DNA of 64,000 bases from IMG/VR virus record IMGVR_UViG_3300042891_000356; one strand, 5' to 3'. The notes beneath the pieces were generated by a model that was not told the origin of the DNA, made no database searches, and saw only the letters and a list, made by a program, of their open reading frames with translations. Positions 38,267-47,840 of the stretch are shown here, in pieces; position 1 is the first letter of the stretch, and the number at the start of each line of letters is the position of its first letter. Position numbers and translations under genes: made by a program. The stretch comes from an uncultured virus (IMG/VR IMGVR_UViG_3300042891_000356). Taxonomy: Duplodnaviria > Heunggongvirae > Uroviricota > Caudoviricetes.

Positions 38267-39571
38267 ATGTCGACGATTAAGATTAGCGAATTAGGAAATT
38301 TAACTACAGTACTAGGGAACACAATTGTACCTGTAGTTGGTAATGTTGCAGGAACACTAACAACATTGCGAAGTAATGTCGCCCAGCTACAAACATACAT
38401 CCTTGGTACGGTAGTTACAGATTTAGCAAATTTAACTGCGTCAACTACGGCTAATGCCGCGGTACAAAGTGTCGCTATTGCTGATGTTACTACTGCTTGG
38501 CAAGCAAACGCAACAACACAACTAGGTCAAATCACAGGCGCCAATGCTGCGATAGTTACAGCCAACACAGCAATGAAGGGCTATGTTGATGCACAGGATA
38601 CTACTATTAGCAATTCAGTAACTGGTGCAAATGCGGCTATCGTAACTGCAAATACAGCACTTAAAGGCTATGTTGATGCACAAGATACTATTATCAGTAA
38701 TTCAGTAACAGGAGCAAATGCGGCTATCGTAACTGCAAATACAGCACTTAAAGGCTATGTTGATGCGGCTAATACAATACAGTCAAATGAAATTACTACT
38801 ATTAGCAATTCGGTAACTGGTGCAAATGCGGCTATCGTAACTGCAAATACCGCACTTAAAGGCTATGTTGATGCGGCTAATACAATACAGTCAAACCAAA
38901 TAACCACTGTTAGCAATTCAGTAACAGGTGCAAATGCCGCTATAGTTACAGCTAACACCGCAATGAAAGGTTATGTTGATGCACAAGATACTATTATCAG
39001 TAATTCAGTAACAGGAGCAAATGCCGCTATAGTTACAGCTAACACTGCAATGAAAGGCTATGTTGATGCTAACAATACATCGCAATTAACTTCAATTAAT
39101 AATATTACTAACGGAACAGCAACATTTGGTAATATTGCGCCAACAGCAAATGTTACATATAATTTAGGTAATATAAGCAATCAATGGAATAATTTATATG
39201 TTAACGATATAAACTTGACACTTGGCAGAATAACCGGAGGAACAGTTAGTGGAATCGATTATTCTTTGTTAATAGCTAGCCCTGATAAGAGTATAGCAAT
39301 GGTTGCTGCAAACGCCAATGTTGCTGTTTCTAATTATATATCAGTTGATCCAACCTATGCTAATATAGTGGTCTATAATGCCAATACTGCGGTAACGCAT
39401 ACCTGGCAACTTACAAATGATGGCAAATTAACTTTACCTGCAAATGGAACAGTATCGTACACACCAACAACATCAAGCGACTGGGCAGGTACTGCACCAA
39501 CAACAATACAAGCCGCCATTGATAGATTAGCAACTGTGGTTAAAGCATTGAATGGCGGCACTGGCGCATAA
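38267..39571 (+). CDS. Tail fibre-like protein with coiled-coil tandem repeats
   Basis: N-terminal IKISEL motif, six TGANAAIVTANTA(M/L)KGYVDA repeats and P.ANVTYNLG...W fibre motif. Confidence 0.8.
   Translation: MSTIKISELGNLTTVLGNTIVPVVGNVAGTLTTLRSNVAQLQTYILGTVVTDLANLTASTTANAAVQSVAIADVTTAWQANATTQLGQITGANAAIVTANTAMKGYVDAQDTTISNSVTGANAAIVTANTALKGYVDAQDTIISNSVTGANAAIVTANTALKGYVDAANTIQSNEITTISNSVTGANAAIVTANTALKGYVDAANTIQSNQITTVSNSVTGANAAIVTANTAMKGYVDAQDTIISNSVTGANAAIVTANTAMKGYVDANNTSQLTSINNITNGTATFGNIAPTANVTYNLGNISNQWNNLYVNDINLTLGRITGGTVSGIDYSLLIASPDKSIAMVAANANVAVSNYISVDPTYANIVVYNANTAVTHTWQLTNDGKLTLPANGTVSYTPTTSSDWAGTAPTTIQAAIDRLATVVKALNGGTGA
38534..39070 (+). repeat. Coding tandem repeat, six copies with 87 or 108 nt units
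   Basis: Unit lengths are 29, 29, 36, 36 and 29 aa plus a partial sixth copy. Confidence 0.95.
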
Positions 39572-39603
39572 TGACTATGATTGATAATGAAATAAATAAG
39601 TAT

Positions 39604-40278
39604 ATGGATAAAAAAATGCAAGATTCAACAATCAACACACAACCAACTGCTACACCAGCTAAACAACCTGATGAGCGTGGTGGCATACATCTTCAAGGTC
39701 ATATTAAAATATTTGATCCTGAAACTAATGAAGTGTTTGTAAACAAACGCAATGCTATTCATTATGAAAACATGAGTGAAGCAATTGCACAAAGTTTAAG
39801 TAATAAAGGCACACAATTTATTACTGAAATGCATTTTGGCAACGGTGGTACTACAGTTGACCCGACTGGTGTTATTACATACTTGCCAACTAATACCAAC
39901 GTACAAAATGCCGACTTGTATAGTCCACAATATTTTAAGATTATCGATGACACAAACGCTGCCAATGGCGACCCGCTAAGAAATAAAATGGTAATCACAC
40001 ACGTACCTGGACAAATTTACAGTGATATCATTGTAAGTTGTCTACTAGACTACGGTGAACCAAATGGGCAAGCTGTATTTGATAATAGTCAAGACCTAAA
40101 CGGACAGTTTGTATTTGACGAACTTGGCTTAAAAGGCTTTAATGCATCAGGTGAAGGCCTTGGTAAATTATTAACACACGTGATTTTTAGCCCAGTGCAA
40201 AAATCACTAAACAGATTGATTCAAATTGATTACACGGTGCGCATACAAACACTGACTAATTTAAGTACTACTGCATAA
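39604..40278 (+). CDS. Conserved-looking virion/baseplate protein
   Basis: GHIKIFD, NAIHYEN, FGNGG, FDELGL and HVIFSPVQKSLNR. The start is moved from 39571 to the ATG after the TAAATA motif. Confidence 0.7.
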   Translation: MDKKMQDSTINTQPTATPAKQPDERGGIHLQGHIKIFDPETNEVFVNKRNAIHYENMSEAIAQSLSNKGTQFITEMHFGNGGTTVDPTGVITYLPTNTNVQNADLYSPQYFKIIDDTNAANGDPLRNKMVITHVPGQIYSDIIVSCLLDYGEPNGQAVFDNSQDLNGQFVFDELGLKGFNASGEGLGKLLTHVIFSPVQKSLNRLIQIDYTVRIQTLTNLSTTA

Positions 40279-40291
40279 CTAGGATAATAAA

Positions 40292-41650
40292 ATGGCGTAT
40301 ATAATAAGAAAAACAAACGGAACAACACTTGGTACTATCCTAGATGGTACTGTAGATACTGCGCAGACTAGTTTAACATTAGTTGGTCGTAACTACAGTA
40401 ACTACGGTCAGATAATGACTGATAACCTAGTATCATTACTTGAAAATTTTGCCTATGACATTGAACCTAGCAATCCGCTAAGTGGACAATTATGGTGGGA
40501 TACAACTGCTAAATTATTGAAAGTCTACACCGGTACATATTTTAAAATTATTAGTAGTGCAACTGCACAAAATAGTAGTACCGTTGGTGCACCGTCAACA
40601 GTAGTTGCGGGTGACATTTGGTGGGATACCTATGCTGAACAATTATACGTATATGATGGTACTACACCATATAATGTCGCTGGTTGGAAATTAGTTGGTC
40701 CAGTCTGGAGCAAAGTTAATGGTAAGAGTGGTGCCTTATGGGAACAAATTATAGACACTAGTACTGTAACCCATAATGTTGTATCATTATACATAGACGG
40801 CACACGTACTGCAATTATCAGTCAAGATAGTGAATTTACTCCGCAAACTGCAATTACTGGCTTTACCTCTATTAAAACTGGGCACAATTTACGTAGCGGA
40901 CACACCCTTTGGGGCACTGCTAATAATGCTAGTTACTTAGGTGGTGTTATTGCTAGCAATTATTTACGTACAGATATTAATAACAGCACTACTGGCAATT
41001 TACGTATTGTAAATGACAGTGGTATTACAATTGGGGCTGGTTTAGACTTGTCATTATCAGTTAGTGGAGTTAACGCATCGATAACAAATAATAGCACAAA
41101 TGGTGATATTAATTTAGTTACAAACAGCACAACATATTTAACGATTAATGGCACAACAGGTGTTGTTGAAGTAGCAGCAGATCCAACGACAACGTTAGGT
41201 GTAGCTACAAAAAATTATGTTGACGACAGTTTTGTTGATGCTACATTAACTGGAGTTTCAACAGCAATCACAATGCCAGCACTTACAGCTAATACAAGTA
41301 TTGCTACTACTGAATTTGTTGTTAATAATTCTGGTTTCTTAAAAAATAAAATATATCAAGGTAATAGTTTCTTAGAAATTCTTGATAGTGGTACTGGCGG
41401 AGCAAATTTGGCAATTGATGGCACTAGCGTAATGACTGCTAGTGCAAGTGGTGTACATTTAGTATCTGGTGCAACTGCGGCAACTCAAGCACAAACTTAT
41501 ACCAGTGCCGGCAATGGTGAAATAGCAACTACACAATATGTAAGAACAGCCGGACAATGGTGGGGCGGCAGTGCTAAATTTGTAAGTACATCAGCACCAG
41601 ATTCTGGACAAGGCAATGATGGTGATTTCTGGTTCCAATACACTGTATAG
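40292..41650 (+). CDS. Tail fibre / baseplate-attached protein
   Basis: SLTLVGRNY...LLENFA...GQLWWD N-terminus, ATKNYVD and ATTEFV fibre motifs, and GDFWF C-terminus. Confidence 0.75.
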   Translation: MAYIIRKTNGTTLGTILDGTVDTAQTSLTLVGRNYSNYGQIMTDNLVSLLENFAYDIEPSNPLSGQLWWDTTAKLLKVYTGTYFKIISSATAQNSSTVGAPSTVVAGDIWWDTYAEQLYVYDGTTPYNVAGWKLVGPVWSKVNGKSGALWEQIIDTSTVTHNVVSLYIDGTRTAIISQDSEFTPQTAITGFTSIKTGHNLRSGHTLWGTANNASYLGGVIASNYLRTDINNSTTGNLRIVNDSGITIGAGLDLSLSVSGVNASITNNSTNGDINLVTNSTTYLTINGTTGVVEVAADPTTTLGVATKNYVDDSFVDATLTGVSTAITMPALTANTSIATTEFVVNNSGFLKNKIYQGNSFLEILDSGTGGANLAIDGTSVMTASASGVHLVSGATAATQAQTYTSAGNGEIATTQYVRTAGQWWGGSAKFVSTSAPDSGQGNDGDFWFQYTV

Positions 41651-41682
41651 AACTGATAAATAATATATAATAGGTAAAAACA

Positions 41683-43134
41683 ATGTCATATACAGTAACT
41701 ACAACAGCAGGGGTAACTATTGCAAGCATAGCAGATGGAACAGTGAATACATCTGCTACAAGTTTAACTCTGATTGGTAAAAACTATGCCGGTTATGGTT
41801 TATTTCTCAATGAGAATTATGTTAAATTACTTGAAAATTTTGCTAATACCACTGAACCTTTACATGCACGCACTGGTCAATTATGGTATGATAGTACAAA
41901 TAATATATTAAAAGTTTACAGTGGCAGTTTATGGAAGCCTATTAGCAGTTCAGCTGCAGCAAGTAGTGCACCAACAGGACCGGTAACAGGCGATCTATGG
42001 TGGGATACTAGTAATGCGCAACTTAAAGTATGGAGCGGCAGTGCGTGGGTAACTATTGGACCATCATATACAACTACAGCAGGTACATCCGGTGCCGTTG
42101 TTGAAACTATCTTAGATAGTAGTTCAATTAGCCATGTTATAGTTAAATTTTACATTTCAAATAGTGTAATTGCTATTCTAAGTAAAGATAGCGAATTTAC
42201 TCCACAAACATCAATTACAGGGTTTACGACAATTAAACCTGGTATGAACTTAATCAGTCCTACTGTATTAACTGGGGCTCAATTTACTGGATCGGCTAGT
42301 AATGCATTACAGGTTGGTGGCGTTGCTGGTGGCGCATATTTACGTAGCGATCAAAATACTAGCACATCATATCAAATTACTGCCGGCGGCATTGTTGTTG
42401 GCAATTTAGCCATTAGCTCAGTGACTGGCACGGTTGGATTAGTTAACTCATCAAACAACAGCGATTTAAATTTATGGGTTAACAAAGGCGGAGTTAGTAC
42501 TAAGGCAATTGGTATTACTGGAACCACAGCTGCAGTTACATTACCAGGTAGTTTAATTGCGCAAAGTACAGCAAGTGTTGCAGGTAATTTAACAGTTACT
42601 GGTTATACTTTAAATCAAGGCATCACTATAGTATCTAACTCAATTTTACCAAACGGTAATGCTACAATTAATATTGGTAGTACATCTAGTAGATTTGCCA
42701 ATGTACATGGTACAAATTTTATTGGACAGGCAATTACAGCAAGTTATGCTGACTTGGCAGAAAGATTTGAAACAGACACTCCACTATTGCCAGGCACGGT
42801 AGTTGAACTTGGCGGAGTTAAAGAAATTACTGCTGCTGTTCAAGAATTAAGTGAAGCAGTATTTGGCGTGATAAGTACTAACGCAGGCTTTTTAATGAAT
42901 GGTAGTGCTGGATCAAATGTTACACATCCGCCAGTTGCAGTTAATGGTCGTGTACCAGTTCGTGTAATTGGCACGGTAGCAAAAGGCGATAGACTAGTAA
43001 GTGCAGGCCGCGGATTAGCTCGCGCCGCAACACGCAGTGAAATGACAGCATTTAATGTTATTGGTCGTGCGCTAGAAAATAAAACAACAACAGGCGAAGG
43101 CACTGTTGAAGCAATAGTTAAATTAAACAGTTAA
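41683..43134 (+). CDS. Tail fibre protein with putative C-terminal autocleaving chaperone domain
   Basis: N-terminus is paralogous to 40292-41650. The C-terminal YADLAERF...GVIST...GRVPVRV..GD.LVS resembles the peptidase G2-type intramolecular chaperone. Confidence 0.72.
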   Translation: MSYTVTTTAGVTIASIADGTVNTSATSLTLIGKNYAGYGLFLNENYVKLLENFANTTEPLHARTGQLWYDSTNNILKVYSGSLWKPISSSAAASSAPTGPVTGDLWWDTSNAQLKVWSGSAWVTIGPSYTTTAGTSGAVVETILDSSSISHVIVKFYISNSVIAILSKDSEFTPQTSITGFTTIKPGMNLISPTVLTGAQFTGSASNALQVGGVAGGAYLRSDQNTSTSYQITAGGIVVGNLAISSVTGTVGLVNSSNNSDLNLWVNKGGVSTKAIGITGTTAAVTLPGSLIAQSTASVAGNLTVTGYTLNQGITIVSNSILPNGNATINIGSTSSRFANVHGTNFIGQAITASYADLAERFETDTPLLPGTVVELGGVKEITAAVQELSEAVFGVISTNAGFLMNGSAGSNVTHPPVAVNGRVPVRVIGTVAKGDRLVSAGRGLARAATRSEMTAFNVIGRALENKTTTGEGTVEAIVKLNS

Positions 43135-43144
43135 GGAAACAAAA

Positions 43145-44086
43145 ATGGCATACGCATCGGCAGGATTAATTTCAGCAACAGACTATAATAACTTAGCCTG
43201 GGGCGGAACTCAAGGTACATATACAGCAAGCCCAACTAATATTGCTTATGTCATGGGTGTAGGCGCAGGTGCTGTAGGATATGGCCAAACTGTTACTGCT
43301 ATTAATACAGTTGCCGCAGCCGCAACTGTAACGGCCACACAGTGGAGTGGATTGTTAACATTGCTTAATGGCGCATTGGGACATCAAAGTGGCGCTGGCG
43401 CACAATTAAGTGGTAACTATACTGCTGGACAAACTATTACATACTTTGCTAACGTAGCAACGGCTGTAACAACAATTAATACGAATGCGGCTTTATACAG
43501 TGCGCAAGGTTCTACAACTACTGGTGCCAATTTTGATGCATCAGTAAATGGTTCAACTGGTTTAAGTAGTTATACAGTGGATCGTGTAGTAACATTTGGT
43601 AGTGCCAATCAAGCACGCTATTTCTTTAATGCAGGCGGTCAATTAAATTTAAGATTAAGTGCAATTAACTCAACTGATAACGGATCAGAAAGTAGCTTTA
43701 ATAGACTAGTGACTGGCTTAGGCGGTGTTGGATTTAGAAATACTACAAACACTGGTCGCACTGGTACTGGTATTACTCTAAACACCAACAATACCGCATT
43801 CGGCTATAGAAATAATGTACTTAATACTCCTACTACTATAATAGCAGTGACCGATACTACTGCAAGTTATACAGCAAGTACTGCTAGTATTAGAGTCTTT
43901 ACAGCCAGCAACGATACAACAAATGGATCCAATGGTTTAAGTGTAACTTTCCGTACTGTATTTTCTATCGCTGATAAAACTTGGGATGATACATTAAGTT
44001 TAACCTACAGAATGGCAGTTGACATTGTATACCCAGAATCAACATACTTAACTACTAATGCATGGGGTACACCGACTATCACATAG
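43145..44086 (+). CDS. Virion structural protein (Thr/Ala/Gly/Asn-rich)
   Basis: 313 aa with ARYFFNAGG motif. It is the last gene of the tail module before a terminator. Confidence 0.65.
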   Translation: MAYASAGLISATDYNNLAWGGTQGTYTASPTNIAYVMGVGAGAVGYGQTVTAINTVAAAATVTATQWSGLLTLLNGALGHQSGAGAQLSGNYTAGQTITYFANVATAVTTINTNAALYSAQGSTTTGANFDASVNGSTGLSSYTVDRVVTFGSANQARYFFNAGGQLNLRLSAINSTDNGSESSFNRLVTGLGGVGFRNTTNTGRTGTGITLNTNNTAFGYRNNVLNTPTTIIAVTDTTASYTASTASIRVFTASNDTTNGSNGLSVTFRTVFSIADKTWDDTLSLTYRMAVDIVYPESTYLTTNAWGTPTIT

Positions 44087-44115
44087 TTGACAACTTAATA
44101 TAAATGTCTTATACT
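44087..44115 (+). promoter_or_regulatory. Near-consensus sigma70 promoter for the accessory enzyme cluster
   Basis: TTGACA-17 nt-TATACT. Confidence 0.8.
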
Positions 44116-44146
44116 ATAGGTAAGTTATTTTGACTTACCTATTTTT
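44116..44146 (+). terminator. Rho-independent terminator at the end of the tail module
   Basis: ATAGGTAAGTT-ATTTT-GACTTACCTAT stem-loop followed by TTTT. Confidence 0.7.
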
Positions 44147-44162
44147 ATGGCTAATTACTATT

Positions 44163-44480
44163 ATGACAACAGAAATTACTCAACTAGTTGCTCAAATTAA
44201 ACAAGCAACGGATTATCAAACCAACAAACGCATACTTAAAGAAAAAATACAAACGGATTTACATGTTCCGTATAACAATGGACTCTTTAAAGTAACACCG
44301 GAACTTATAGCGTTCCTAGCAACGTGGACTGCTGATACATTGTATCTTGAAGATACCTACGAAAATCCTATAGAAATACAACGACTAGCATTTTTAGAAT
44401 TGTGTCAGCAACACTATCAACAAGTAATGAACGCATGGCATATTCAATATGATGAACTTAAACGTGCCCGCAAAGTCTAA
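44163..44480 (+). CDS. Hypothetical protein
   Basis: The track ORF starts at 44130 inside the hairpin, so ATG 44163 is more plausible. It is the first gene of the tightly overlapping cluster. Confidence 0.7.
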   Translation: MTTEITQLVAQIKQATDYQTNKRILKEKIQTDLHVPYNNGLFKVTPELIAFLATWTADTLYLEDTYENPIEIQRLAFLELCQQHYQQVMNAWHIQYDELKRARKV

Positions 44481-45225
44481 AGGTGCTGTATTATTTGCAG
44501 TTAACACAGCCACAGTCGATTATGTTCGAATCGCTGAGCAGGCCGCACGTTTAATTAACCATACTCTAAACTTACCTACTACCATTATTACAGATACAGG
44601 CGTACCTAGTTTAAGTAACTATCGCACTGGCTATGCTGGCGGCACAGAATGGAAGAATGGTGGCAGATATCGTGCATATGAACTTAGTCCCTATGATGAA
44701 ACTATCTTACTTGACAGTGACTACCTACAGTTTGACTCAAGTCTATTGACCATACTTGAAACCACAGTTGATTATAAGTTAATGCACAATAATCAAAGTC
44801 CTCAACAGTCAATGTCGGGCAATATGGGTCAGTTAAGTTTAGATTATGTATGGGCTACTGCCCTGACATTCAAACGTACAGATAAAACACAAATGTTATT
44901 TGATCTAGTTGGTCGTATTGAACGTAACTATGCTTACTATCAAAAACTATATCACCTAAGAGAACGCAATTTCCGTAATGATTATGCGTTTGCCATTGCC
45001 AACAACATTATTAATGGGTACACTACTAACACCACACAAAGTATACCTTTTACCATGTTAACCTTGGATAAACTAATTAAAAACATTGAAATAACAGGCG
45101 AAAAGATGATTATACGCGAAGAAAATTCTGCACATGTCATTGCCAAGCAAAACATACACGTAATGGATAAAGATTATTTGCTTAGTAAAAAGTTTGATCA
45201 GTTAGTGGATACAGTATGCGCATAA
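44449..45225 (+). CDS. Glycosyltransferase-like protein (GT-A type)
   Basis: SPYDETILLDSD DxD motif and FRNDYAF. Confidence 0.7.
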   Translation: MMNLNVPAKSKGAVLFAVNTATVDYVRIAEQAARLINHTLNLPTTIITDTGVPSLSNYRTGYAGGTEWKNGGRYRAYELSPYDETILLDSDYLQFDSSLLTILETTVDYKLMHNNQSPQQSMSGNMGQLSLDYVWATALTFKRTDKTQMLFDLVGRIERNYAYYQKLYHLRERNFRNDYAFAIANNIINGYTTNTTQSIPFTMLTLDKLIKNIEITGEKMIIREENSAHVIAKQNIHVMDKDYLLSKKFDQLVDTVCA

Positions 45226-46073
45226 CACCACATCAAGCACAGCAGGGCTTTATGACCATTGCACAGAATACAGCAGAGGTTGATTACTTACAGCTTGCTT
45301 ATGTACAAGCAATGAGTATTAAACTAACCATGCCCGGCAGTTTATACGCAGTAGCAGTTGATAAACATACACTAGAGCAAGTTACAGAACAACACCGCCG
45401 AGTGTTTGATTACGTAGTTACTATTGACAATGACCTAGCTCAAGACGAAACTTGGAAGTTATCAAATGAATGGCAGGCATTTTATCTCACACCATTCAAA
45501 GAAACAATTAAACTTGAAAGTGACATTGTATTCACTAGAAGTATTGCGCATTGGTGGACTGCTTTTAGATTAAAGAATGTTGTACTAAGTACCGGCTGTA
45601 GAGATTATCAGCAAGAATTAAGCGCATCACGCGAATACAGAAAGTTGTTTGACGATAATGAATTGCCTGATACCTACAATGGATTAATGTATTTTAGATA
45701 CAGCCGCGAAGCTACTGAATTCTTTATGTTAGCAGAACAAATATTTAAAAATTGGGCCTATTTACGTGACAATGTATTACTCAACTGTCGTGATGATAAT
45801 CCTACTACCGATGTTGTTTATGCTCTGGCTGCAAAGTTACTTGGTGTAGAAGATTGCACACTACCCAGCTTAGATTTTATTAATTTTGTACACATGAAGC
45901 CGGCAATTAACGCATGGACTAGTACACCATGGCCTGAGTTAGTTGTATGCGAAACGGATTTACCGATGATACGTATTGCCAACACCAATCAATATCATCC
46001 TATTCATTATCATGAAAAATCTTGGGTAACGGATGAATTAGTCGAGGAGTATGAACATGAACTCTTTAAGTGA
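45216..46073 (+). CDS. Glycosyltransferase-like protein (GT-A type), paralog of the preceding gene
   Basis: TPFKETIKLESD aligns with SPYDETILLDSD. YNGLMYF and FVHMK are also present. Confidence 0.65.
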   Translation: MRITPHQAQQGFMTIAQNTAEVDYLQLAYVQAMSIKLTMPGSLYAVAVDKHTLEQVTEQHRRVFDYVVTIDNDLAQDETWKLSNEWQAFYLTPFKETIKLESDIVFTRSIAHWWTAFRLKNVVLSTGCRDYQQELSASREYRKLFDDNELPDTYNGLMYFRYSREATEFFMLAEQIFKNWAYLRDNVLLNCRDDNPTTDVVYALAAKLLGVEDCTLPSLDFINFVHMKPAINAWTSTPWPELVVCETDLPMIRIANTNQYHPIHYHEKSWVTDELVEEYEHELFK

Positions 46074-46407
46074 ATTTGAAAAAGCATTGGCCATGCTCAA
46101 ACCCATTGTAGAAGAAGATAAAGAATATAGATTACACTACAATGAACTTGGAATCATTACAATGTGTACAATGATGAACCACCCGGCAGATACGCAGTAT
46201 GTTGTTGTTAGTCAAGATGAATATGAGAATTATTTTCGCTATACAATTGTAGATGGCCAGCTGAAAAAGATTGACAACAATCCGGGATATCGTGTACAAT
46301 TAAAGAAAAGTACTACAGGCCACGCCACAGTAAAGAAACATGCAGGACTAATAATAGAACCAACTGACACCTATCAGGATATAGAATACTATGACACAAA
46401 TCGTTGA
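46051..46407 (+). CDS. Hypothetical protein
   Basis: 118 aa ORF overlapping both neighbours in the same operon. Confidence 0.7.
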   Translation: MNMNSLSEFEKALAMLKPIVEEDKEYRLHYNELGIITMCTMMNHPADTQYVVVSQDEYENYFRYTIVDGQLKKIDNNPGYRVQLKKSTTGHATVKKHAGLIIEPTDTYQDIEYYDTNR

Positions 46408-47287
46408 TATTGCAGATTTAGACTGCATTTACCTAAGCTACGATGAACCTAAAAAAGAAGAGTTTTGGATTAAAATTCAAAACATGGTGCCGTGGGCTAA
46501 ACGAGTAGATGGAGTTAAAGGCAGTGATGCCGCACATAAAGCCGCGGCAGCCGCAAGTGATACTGAACGCTTTGTATTAATAGATGGCGACAACTTACCT
46601 GACCCAGAGTTCTTTAACCTACAACTTACATTAGATGACACCAATCGAGATGTAGTATTCCGTTGGAAAGCACGTAATATTATCAATGGACTTATGTATG
46701 GCAATGGTGGTATGAGTTGCTGGACCAAGGACTTTGTAAACAATATGCGCACACATGAAGCCAGCGATGGTGCAGATGATACTGCCGTTGAGTTTTGTTT
46801 TGATCCACGCTACTGGGCTATGAATGATTGCTACAGTACAACATATCCAAATCAAAGTCCATATCAAGCATGGCGAGCAGGATTCCGTGAAGGTGTTAAG
46901 ATGTGTTTAGACCGCGGTGCTAAACCCTCACTACAAGAATTTGAACGACGTGTACATGAACGCAACTACGATCATTTAAACATATGGCACAATGTAGGTA
47001 TGGATGTAGAGAATGGTGACTGGGCTATGTACGGTGCTAAACTAGGCACATACATGACAATGATTACAGATTGGGATTATAGAGAAGTGCAGGACTTTGA
47101 CGCATTAAACAGAATTTGGCATCAGAACAAAGTGCTAAACCTAGTAGAAGAATGCAGTGAAATGTCACATACATTAAGTGTGAAATTAGGATTACCTGCA
47201 CCACATTTAACCGCAGACCAAAGTAAATTCTTTAAGCATCATTACAAGAGTGTGTTTAAAAATCAAGGCCCGATGTCACGTGAATAA
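46391..47287 (+). CDS. Glycosyltransferase-like protein
   Basis: LDCIYLSYDEP, RVDGVKG..AAH, FVLIDGD (DxD), NGLMYGNGG and AWRAGFRE. Confidence 0.65.
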   Translation: MTQIVDIADLDCIYLSYDEPKKEEFWIKIQNMVPWAKRVDGVKGSDAAHKAAAAASDTERFVLIDGDNLPDPEFFNLQLTLDDTNRDVVFRWKARNIINGLMYGNGGMSCWTKDFVNNMRTHEASDGADDTAVEFCFDPRYWAMNDCYSTTYPNQSPYQAWRAGFREGVKMCLDRGAKPSLQEFERRVHERNYDHLNIWHNVGMDVENGDWAMYGAKLGTYMTMITDWDYREVQDFDALNRIWHQNKVLNLVEECSEMSHTLSVKLGLPAPHLTADQSKFFKHHYKSVFKNQGPMSRE

Positions 47288-47840
47288 ATTATATGTCGAT
47301 GGTTGCAGTTTTGTGTATGGAGAAGGATTGCCTCGAGAGTATTCATTGGGTAATTTATTACATGCTGATTTAGATTTGTCTAGTCCTGGCAAAAGTAATA
47401 TTGCTATGTGTGAGGATTTATACAACAATATTAATCAATATGATACATTTATTATTGGATTTACATTTTCAAGTAGGTATTCTTTTTGTAATGAATTATT
47501 TGAAAGAAAAAACTTATGTGTAGGAGTACCTGCACCAAAGTTTAGCTCTGAGAAAGATGAAAAAGATTATGACATTTTACGAGATTTATATATAAAATTT
47601 TCAGATCCGGCTGTGTTAGATCTACGCACTGATTTTTATATAGATAGTGTTATTAATCTATTGGAATCTTATAACAAAAAATACGTATTATTTAGTTGGG
47701 AACATAGAAAAATGAAACAACATAAGAAAAAAATATTGTACATAGGAAGTATGTTTACTTTCGATGAGAAGTTAAGTGACGGACATTTAAATGAATTGGG
47801 TATGAAAAAATTAGCTAAGATACTTACTAAAAATCAATGA
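47280..47840 (+). CDS. SGNH/GDSL-like hydrolase or acyltransferase
   Basis: VDGCSFVYG, PGKSN and DGHLN. A GTG start at 47280 is more plausible than 47250. The gene is AT-rich. Confidence 0.6.
   Translation: MNKLYVDGCSFVYGEGLPREYSLGNLLHADLDLSSPGKSNIAMCEDLYNNINQYDTFIIGFTFSSRYSFCNELFERKNLCVGVPAPKFSSEKDEKDYDILRDLYIKFSDPAVLDLRTDFYIDSVINLLESYNKKYVLFSWEHRKMKQHKKKILYIGSMFTFDEKLSDGHLNELGMKKLAKILTKNQ

Noticed and set aside
38534..39070. Tandem repeats as a CRISPR array
   Set aside because: They are in-frame coding repeats with synonymous variation, no unique spacers and no cas genes.
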